Shown here: piece by piece, positions 54,167 through 64,000 of the stretch
Layout: each line of letters opens with the position of its first letter
Position numbering within the stretch: position 1 is the stretch's first letter
Assembly (NCBI GenBank): GCA_964016885.1
Contig: OZ024754.1
Coordinates: forward strand, 62,001 to 126,000
DNA from: Eledone cirrhosa
Lineage: Eukaryota
DNA: 64,000 nt
Reading direction: 5' to 3'
The notes under the pieces: model-generated
What the model was told of the DNA's origin: nothing
The model's input: the letters and a program-made list of their open reading frames with translations, nothing else
Database searches by the model: none
Program-made: the position numbers and the translations under genes

Positions 54167-54538
54167 AGACATGAACGACACCACAACACATTGTTTTGAA
54201 CATTTTGAAAGTAGGTTTATATATATGAATTTTCATAACAGTTTCGTAGTTGTCTCAGTGGACTAGTGGTAGATACTAGAGACGGTGGAGATCCTGGTCT
54301 TGGGTTCAACCCTGGTCGAGAGGTACATGTAACCTATTTCAGTTTTTATTTTACAACCAATAGAAAAAAAAACTCAAAAGCTTTACCTGGAACCCTACTC
54401 CCGACAAGGATCGAACTTCAGACCATGATCACCACCGTCTACGATTCCTCCAGCTAGGACACCGAGACAGCTACAAAAGTAAGATGAAAATTGATAATTA
54501 TAAACCTATTTTAAAAAGATGTGGTGTCGTTCATGGCT
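54167..54538. mobile_element. Fold-back element with a tRNA-like (pol III promoter) module in each arm
   Basis: CATGAACGACACCACA..TAGGTTTATA..GTAGTTGTCTC is mirrored. tRNA-like 54252-54322 (+) and ~54397-54468 (-) with A-box and GTTC B-box. Confidence 0.6.
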
Positions 54539-55117
54539 ATTAGTAATATTTAGGGTCGACTTCTGGTCACTATTGAAAGTCTCTGGATTTCACAAAATAC
54601 ATAATATATCTTATTGGAGAAGGTAAGATATTTTTGCGCAAAAATTTGATTACAGTTTTGTTTCTACTTATGTATTTTTCGAAATTGTTATTTATTCCTT
54701 ATAAAAATTAAATAATAGCATCCTATATGTAGGTGGGCCCCCTTCATCTCCTGGCAACCAATATTTTTAGACCCAGTCCGCCACTGTATATAGAAATGTT
54801 TTGAATGACGTTTTTGGTGATTATTATATTCTTTAATGATCTAAAGAAACGACACACGCACACATACTCACATGTATGTACAGAAGCTACATACACACAC
54901 ACACAGGAACACACACAGAGTCTCATAGACAAACGCAAGGTTCTGATCGATTTCCGTAAAGAGCAGAGGCCGGTTCATAACCAATCGGACATAATGGATT
55001 AGTGGAGCACGTGGTCTGCCGACGTCACGAGTTGTACTGGAATAATTAAAGACATCAACATGAGGTACATACACTTACATTTCTGTATGTATGTGTGTGT
55101 GTGTGTGTGTGTGTGTC

Positions 55118-55212
<95 letters not shown>

Positions 55213-55275
55213 GCGCGCACACACACACACACACACATACACACATACACACATACACACACGCACACACACATA

Positions 55276-55318
<43 letters not shown>

Positions 55319-55640
55319 ACATACACACACACACACACACACACGAGAGAGAGAGTATATTCTGCATTGAAAACGAAATCTAATCCACATTTATAGGTGA
55401 GGTAAACGACGATGTGGAGGAATCCATAAATATCTCCCTGATTATTGCAGCTGTATCCCTGTAGATATTCCCTCTAGATAGCTTCAGTGTTTTGTTTAGC
55501 GATACTAAAGCTTTCTTTAACATGAATATATCTGGAACCATTTTATATCTGCATGAATATATTCATGTATGTGTGTATATATATTGACACAGACAGACAC
55601 ACACACACACACACATATATATACACATATATACTCTTAC

Positions 55641-55694
<54 letters not shown>

Positions 55695-56704
55695 CTATAT
55701 ATATATATATAAGGTAGATTACAAGAGTTGATGGTACAACTATATAAGGTAGTCAGATATTTAAAGCTCTAATGTGATTTTATCCACATAAAGACATTTC
55801 AGAGTTAAACCCAATTTTTTAATTTCCAGTCATCGTAGAATTACAAACTCACAGAATATATATATATATATCAATAACAGTTCAATACATTATTTAATCG
55901 ATTTCATTGAAATGCAGAAGGAGGTAGCATTTCATTCCTTTGTAGAGAAATCGTCCGAATCACTGGATAATATATTCGTTAGTATTTGGATGTTTGTAGA
56001 AGGCCGTGGGATGGAATGGAACAGAATGGGCAGCCGTCGATTTCAACGATGAGTGTTTCTGTTGTGTGAGCAGCTGAAAAACTTGCTCAAGATTAACGTG
56101 TAAGTAGATGAACATTCAACATACACCCGAACCTTTAACGTAATTCTCAGGAAGATTCAGCGTGACACAGTGTGTGACAAGTCTGAATTACAATATCAGT
56201 CAATCCAGCCGGCTTCCAAACTGTTTCTGCCAACCCAATTTCACTCACAAAACATGGACCACCACAATGCTATGGTAAATGACATATTCCTCGAATGAGG
56301 ATCGAACCTCTGATCTAATGATTACCACCTGAACTTTTTTACCATTCAACTATGCTTCGTTTATTAAATAACGTAAAAAATATCTAAGGAATGGGAGAAA
56401 ATCTTTCTTTTTGTTTTCAATATCCTTTTATATTTAGTTTCCTTTAGAACAGTTTTACGGCTGATTTGGGGATTTTTGATATTCCTTATTAATCTTCTAC
56501 TTATAGTGTACGGTGGGTTAGGGTAAGGATGTCATTATTAAACGAATAGGACCCCAAAAATGTCCTTCACGGCATTATGACGTTAATCAAATGATGCAGA
56601 AAGAAACCATTTTTCCTAACAGTTTCTCTATATACAGGGTGTCAGAAAAGTCACTAGAGCATCACACATACACACACATACACACACGAAAACGTACACC
56701 CATC

Positions 56705-56741
<37 letters not shown>

Positions 56742-57011
56742 ATAATATATATATATAAAACGGTCTACTGTTTTTTGGGGCACATTATTTATTGATATAC
56801 ATTTTTTTCTTCTTTCATGTTTCTTTGTACTTTTGTGTTTTGTTTCACTCGAGTTCCTCCTTTTGCGATGTCGAGTCTACTGAGTGCAAGAAAATACCAA
56901 AACACACACACACATATACATATAAATGTTAAATAGTACACACACACACATACACGCATAGACACGCACATATGCATATATGTGTGCGTGTGTATGCACG
57001 TGTATTCAAGC

Positions 57012-57066
<55 letters not shown>

Positions 57067-57739
57067 TATATTTTTTAATATAGAAAAGCTTCTACAGGAC
57101 TTGAACTGTTTCATTCGTAAGAAATCATCTTCTATGTATTGAGTACCTTACTTACTGTGGTTACCTCCGATATATATATATATATAAGTGTGTCTGTGGT
57201 GGGGTACGTCTCTTTTGAATGACATACATACAGACAGACAGACAGACAGATAGATACACAGACAGACAGATACACAGACAGACAGACAGATACACAGACA
57301 GACAGACAGACAGACAGACAGACCATGAGACGGACTAATAGCCAGACAGAAAAAGAAGTGTTAGAAAGGAGAGGGTTTATATATGTGTGTATGTATGTAT
57401 GTGTATGCATGTGTGTGTCTATATGTGTATGTATGTGTGTGTCTGTGTGGCTATATGTGTACGTATGTGTGTGTGTATGTATGTGTGTGTCTATATGTGT
57501 GTGTGTGTGTGGCTATATGTGTGTATGTGTGTGGCTATATGTGTGTGGCTATATGTGTATGGCTATATGTGTGTGGCTATATGTGTATGTTGTATGTTTT
57601 GGCAGGATCAGTTCCAGTTTAGACAGGACACTATCGACTGACATCACGTGATACTGCTAGAAGGGAGCACTGTTGCCTGGTAACACATCTTCTATCTATC
57701 AATATGCAGACGACAGCAGAATGACGATGGTGTTCACAG

Positions 57740-58200
57740 TGGTGTTGTGGTGGTGGTGGTGGTGGTGGTGGTGGTGGTGTTGGTGGTGGTGGTGGTGGTG
57801 GTGTTGGTGGTGTTGGTGGTGTTGTTGGTGGTAGTGCTAGTGGTGGTGTTGGTGGTGGTGTTGGTGGTGTTGGTGGTGGTGTTGGTGTTGGTGGTGTTGT
57901 CGGTGGTGGTGTTGGTGGTGGTGGTGTTGGTGGTGGTAGTGGTGTTGGTGGTGTTGTCGGTAGTGGTGTTGGTGGTGGTGTTGGTGGTGGTGGTGTTGGT
58001 GGTGGTAGTGGTGTTGGTGGTGTTGTCGGTAGTGGTGTTGGTGGTGGTGGTTGTGGTGGTGGTGGTGGTTGTAGTAGTAGTGGTGGTGGTGGTTGTAGTA
58101 GTGGTGTTGTCAGTGGTGGTGGTGGTGGTGGTTGTTGAAGATGATATTGGTAATAATGGTAGTACTGATGATGATGCTTATGCTGATGGTGGTGGTGGTG
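57740..58200. repeat. (GGT/GTT)n tract
   Basis: Direct reading. Confidence 0.95.
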
Positions 58201-58578
58201 AAGGACGGGGACTGGGGTCAGGGGGAAAAGATGGTGTGGGGGTGGGGGAAATAGGGAGGTCATCTCATGTTACATGCGACATTCTCCGACATCAGCATCA
58301 CTAGCGTCAGCAGCAAATTATGGTGCATTAACAGAGACTGCATCAGCGTCTGCACCAGCACCAGCATCTACAGCAGCATCTACAGCAGCATCATCATCAG
58401 CACCAGCATCTACAGCAACAGCATCATCATCAGCAACAACGTTTAACTCCCGACAAATAGAGAAGTGTTAATTTTGGAAATGACCGTTATCTCTATATCG
58501 ATTAAGGTATATTAAATACAAACGAACACACACACACGCACACGCACACGCACACGCACACGCACACGCACACGCACG

Positions 58579-58599
<21 letters not shown>

Positions 58600-58623
<24 letters not shown>

Positions 58624-58683
58624 ATACAGACAGACACACACATACACATATATATATATATATAAACATACAGACACACACAT

Positions 58684-58714
<31 letters not shown>

Positions 58715-58899
58715 AACATACAAACAGACACACATACACACATATATATATATATAAACATACAGACAGACACACATACACACACATATATATATATATA
58801 TATATAAACATACAGACACACACACACGCACACACACATATATATATATATAAACATACAGACACACACACATATATATATATATATATAAACATACAG

Positions 58900-58930
<31 letters not shown>

Positions 58931-59172
58931 AACATACAGACAGACACACACACACATATATATATATAAACATACAGACACACACACATACACACACATA
59001 TATATATGTACATACAGACAGACACACATACACACACATATATATATATATATACATACAGACAGACACACATACACACACATATATATATATATGCATG
59101 TATACAGACAGACACACATACACACACATATATATATATATGCATGTATACAGACATAGACACACACACATA
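58600..59172. repeat. Composite CA/TA minisatellite (TAAACATACAGACAGACACACA..)
   Basis: Tandem copies. Confidence 0.9.
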
Positions 59173-59335
59173 TGTAGTCTTATATTTTTTTAATAGTTTC
59201 CAGTATTGTATTATCAGCGTACTAGTGTACTAAATTAAAGGTTTTAGTCAATCACATCGCTCCAGTACATATTTTAGTCTGGTTCAAGTCTTATCGACCT
59301 CTACTTCATCGATTTACTAAATATATATGTATGTA

Positions 59336-59384
<49 letters not shown>

Positions 59385-59618
59385 ATGTATATTTGTGTGT
59401 GTGTGTGTATGTATATTTATGTATGTATATATCTATATAGATATATCTATATAGATGTATATATATATATATATATATATATTAGTGTGTGCATGTATTC
59501 ATAATATATTACGTGTCGTAGAAAATAGTATTTTTAAAGGATTTTCAAAATTAAGAAAATAATTTCTCTCTTATTAACACAAATGTTATCACTTTTAATG
59601 ACACGAGTAGTTGCCTAT

Positions 59619-59890
59619 ATAAAGGGTGAGTCAAAATTAGGGTCCAAATCCTGTTTTAGGAGCCTTTAATTTGTTGTTTGTTTGCCATTTGTAATTCAGG
59701 GCGCAAGAAATAAATGAAAGACATTCTTTCAAATTAATCATTCTATTTATTCATGGAATAATGAAATGTTACAGTCTGTTTTACTTTCAATGTTCAAAGT
59801 GTTCTCCCTTGTGATCAATGTATAAATTGCAATCGATTAGGCAGAGAGTGAAACACACAATTACAAAGTTTGTTATCAATTTCCTCAAAT
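59619..59890 (-). mobile_element. Tc1/mariner transposon 3' end
   Basis: TIR-like TA(A)AGGGTGAGTCAAAA; minus-strand FEEIDNKLCN..SLPNRLQ..GEHFEH matches the transposase C-terminus. Confidence 0.7.
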
Positions 59891-61251
59891 AAAGAAAGTT
59901 AACAACATCAAGCTAACATATTAACATCAACAACAATATGACTTTCCAGAGACTGGGCTCTACTTTTGACTCATACATAGTTGGCTATGTTCTTAAATGG
60001 GTGTTTTCAAAACTGTTCATCAACTTCATTCTAAGATATCAACTTTCGTGTATCTTCCTCCATCTTTAGTGCTAAATTCCTATCTTATCAAATCGAAACA
60101 TTGAAATTGACTCAACGCCATTCACCGTAGTTTCGATGCGACGATATTTAATAAATGGGAGTATTGAATAATATGATGTAATCGCCTTCCTATCCATGGA
60201 ACCACTGATATCAACTTCGGCAGAATGATCATTAACTTTTCCATACATGATCATAGTTATCATACATTGTAAAAGAGTTTTTAAATTTCTAGTAGGTTTC
60301 TAAATGACACGTTTCCACAAGGATTCTCTGTCGTTGCCTAATTGAATAATAACATATTCTGTATTAACATGAACTAAATTATCCTCAATAACCAAATACC
60401 GATTCTTGGAATTCCTAATACATTTTCTTTAATAAATGGATCCTGATTGATGAAGCCAATGTGTTAGATAAGATGATTAAATCCTATCTGAAAGTCAATG
60501 ATCCAGGGATGTAATGTTTCCCCAGTTGAAATACAAAGCAGAAATGCAATTCTATTCAATGACTCGACAAACGTAACATTCTTGTTTCAATAAACATCCT
60601 GCTAGTTTTTCATATCACACCATCAAACATTTCCCACTGTTCGTGGCTAGTAAGGGATTTGCAGAGTTGGCCTGTTTCATGTATTCCCTTATCTAAAATA
60701 AATGTTTTGAACCTATCTCTAGTTAAAGAAGATTCACGACTCGAATAAATACTGTAAGAATAATCGAATATTGAAAATAAAGATTTTAGACATTCCATAG
60801 ACGTAGGAGATCTACAATTCCTACGTGAGAGTTAAAAGAGTAAGAATTTACTCAGTTACAGATTGAAACATGTTTGAATTTTCTACCCCAAAATAGAAGA
60901 AAACAAAACAGAATAAAGACATTTCATTAAAAAGAATTCTTAATCTTTCGATAGGATGGAAGGATCGATACTTGAACTGCAGAAAGGCAACAAAGCAATC
61001 TTTATATCAAGCACTTAATGAATAAATGAAAGACATTAATCTAAGTTACTATTTGAATCTTGTCCCAATGTTTCAATTTAAGTAGTAAATAGATTGAGGA
61101 CATATTTAAGTTCTAACATTTCTTTCTAGTACACCCATCTTCGTCAACGGAATCAGTTATTTTGGTTGGTCTGTCGTAACCTAATAGGGTTTTGGGCTTA
61201 TATTAAAAGTAAATTTCACATGGATAACCCCCCCACATATATATATATATA

Positions 61252-61343
61252 TTAAGAAGAACAAAACGAGGTTTCACATCGAGGTTTATATTGAGTCTTA
61301 TTAATAAAAAGCTCAATATAAAACCCTGTTTTTGTTCTTCTTA
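61252..61343. repeat. Imperfect palindrome
   Basis: TTAAGAAGAACAAAAC..TTTATATTGAG pairs with CTCAATATAAA..TTTTGTTCTTCTTAA. Confidence 0.75.
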
Positions 61344-61416
61344 AAGTATCCACTCTGCTATAGAAGAGTGCCAATATTGTACCTTCCTCAGTAAACCACA
61401 AATCTACAGAATCACC

Positions 61417-61502
<86 letters not shown>

Positions 61503-62470
61503 TGAAGTCCCCAGAATGGTCTTCGGCTCACAAGAGAGAGAAAGAGAGGGGGTGGGGAGCTGATCGAATCCTATTGTAAAACACACAGGGTTTATTTATA
61601 ATGTGAGTCTAAATGTTTGTTTCTTAAAAATACGCATGCAAATCTATTTGCGATTTACCCATAGACACACGACATCTTATTTAATGCGCGCCACTAATGA
61701 ATGTACTGATAAGCAAATATGGATTGCTTCCGTACAAGAAATTCTGATTAACCAGATGTAAAGTGTAAATATACACAATAGATTTAATTTATCTCAGCTA
61801 TTGAGATATTTTGTGTTTAGCTCTAAATGTATTTTTTAAGCAGAAATGTTTGCAAAATTCAACCCTATGATTACGCACGCACACATAGATACAGTATATA
61901 TACATACACACACACTTACAGTATATATATATATATACACACTTACACTTACAAACACACATACCGTATATACTCGTGTAAAAGTCCATATTTTTATGGT
62001 TAAATTTATGGTGTCAACTATTACATGGAGGTTAATTTGGCATGGTTTGAAATTCAAGTTAAAACCCAAAGTACCGCATCAGTAGCAGAAGCCTAACTGA
62101 CCGCTAAACAAATAAAAACAAAAACACAAGGAATTACAGTAATATTACCGATTCTATGTATCAAAACACAGGTGTTAGTAAATCAATCCACTATATTATT
62201 TTCCGTCGTTTAGTTTAATAATCAGGCAGAAAGTTGTTTTGTTGACAGTTGGTTTGAGATGGAGAGGTGTGAGGAGGGAGAGGCCTGCTTCCTACACCCC
62301 CAAAACAAATATATAGTGAGAGTGAGTGAAAGAGAGAGAGACAGACAGAGACAGAGAAAGCATGTTTGAAATGACCGAATTGAGTATTATTGTCGCATAC
62401 CATCTACCATTCTTATCTTTAAGTTATTTACTCCCTGGCCATGTTGCTGTTTACACACACACTTTCACAC

Positions 62471-62554
<84 letters not shown>

Positions 62555-63364
62555 TTATATATATATATGCAGCAGACAACTGCATTGCAGGTTCTGTACA
62601 TAGTTTATTGAATTTATTTCGTTATGTCGTTTGAACAATTATTGATTTCTTCCAAGGAAATGTACATAGTTGATGAACATACAAGCGTTTCTCTCAGCAT
62701 CAGTTTGGTGTACAGTTTGGTGTACGTGCTGTTATGGACTGGAAGTTGGCCAGCCCCTGATGGGCCACCCTCTCCCCGGTGGTCCCCACAACCACCTTCC
62801 TGATGGCCCACACCACCGCCCTCAAATATGTTTACCCTCCATCAGTGAACTTGCTGGAACCTGCACCAAGTTGGAAGGAATGACAAGTTAACTAAACAAA
62901 ATCGTGTAATGGCCGAGGAAACTAAATGGTCTGAAATATAACGACAGCTAACAATGTGTAGTAATACTGAAAACATGTCATTATGTGGAGGTAGACCATG
63001 AATATAACCTCCGTCCCTCATTCCCTCTTATTCTATACAATACGAACCCTTCATAGAAATATGCTTAATATTTGTTTAATATTTATTGTCATTTATCGAT
63101 TATGGATATTCCACATGGGATATCGAATATCTAATAAGAGATATTGCACGTAATAACCTCAAATTTGAAATGATTTCACATGAATATAAAATTACGCGTT
63201 TTTGTTCATAGGTATAGATGTACCCAAGTATGTGTGTGCTTACACACATAAACACACACACACGCACACACATATATAAGTATATGCATGTAACACACAC
63301 ACACATACATAGATATACATACATATACATACATATATATATATAGCCTTATTGGTTTTAAAAA

Positions 63365-64000
<636 letters not shown>

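Noticed and set aside
57085-57140. Hammerhead-like GAAGATGATTTC-TTAC-GAATGAAAC on the minus strand (and CTGACGAG at ~25282)
   Set aside because: Core or stems too incomplete to call.
57631-58471. Pro-rich extensin-like and Ala/Ser-rich ORFs
   Set aside because: Derived from (GGT)n and (GCA)n repeats; no domain support.

Overview
AT-rich, microsatellite-saturated eukaryotic non-coding DNA (intergenic or intronic). The dominant SINE resembles the abundant octopus tRNA-derived SINE family, so a coleoid cephalopod (Octopus) origin is inferred but not proven. No intact host protein-coding gene is supported, and almost every ORF in the track is a translated (CA)n, (TA)n, (GA)n, (ACT)n or (GGT)n repeat. 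Supported content: one structurally intact tRNA-Ile(AAT); many SINE copies, two with clear TSDs; decayed LINE fragments (RTE/Expander, Tx1/L1-like, CR1/L2, R4/Dong-like RLE, possibly jockey/I); mariner/Tc1 and MITE remnants; a Penelope-like GIY-YIG fragment; and several minisatellites. The main signal not visible in the ORF track is about a dozen minimal type-I hammerhead ribozyme motifs from several unrelated short element families, most inserted in (TA)n tracts. They include a family with a compensatory U3:A8 core, a family with a greatly extended stem II inside a ~730-bp 1.15-mer, and many fold-back (inverted) insertions. This pattern suggests a diverse Penelope-like/retrozyme system. All coordinates and pairings were read by eye (error of a few bp), and family names rest on motif recognition, not database searches.
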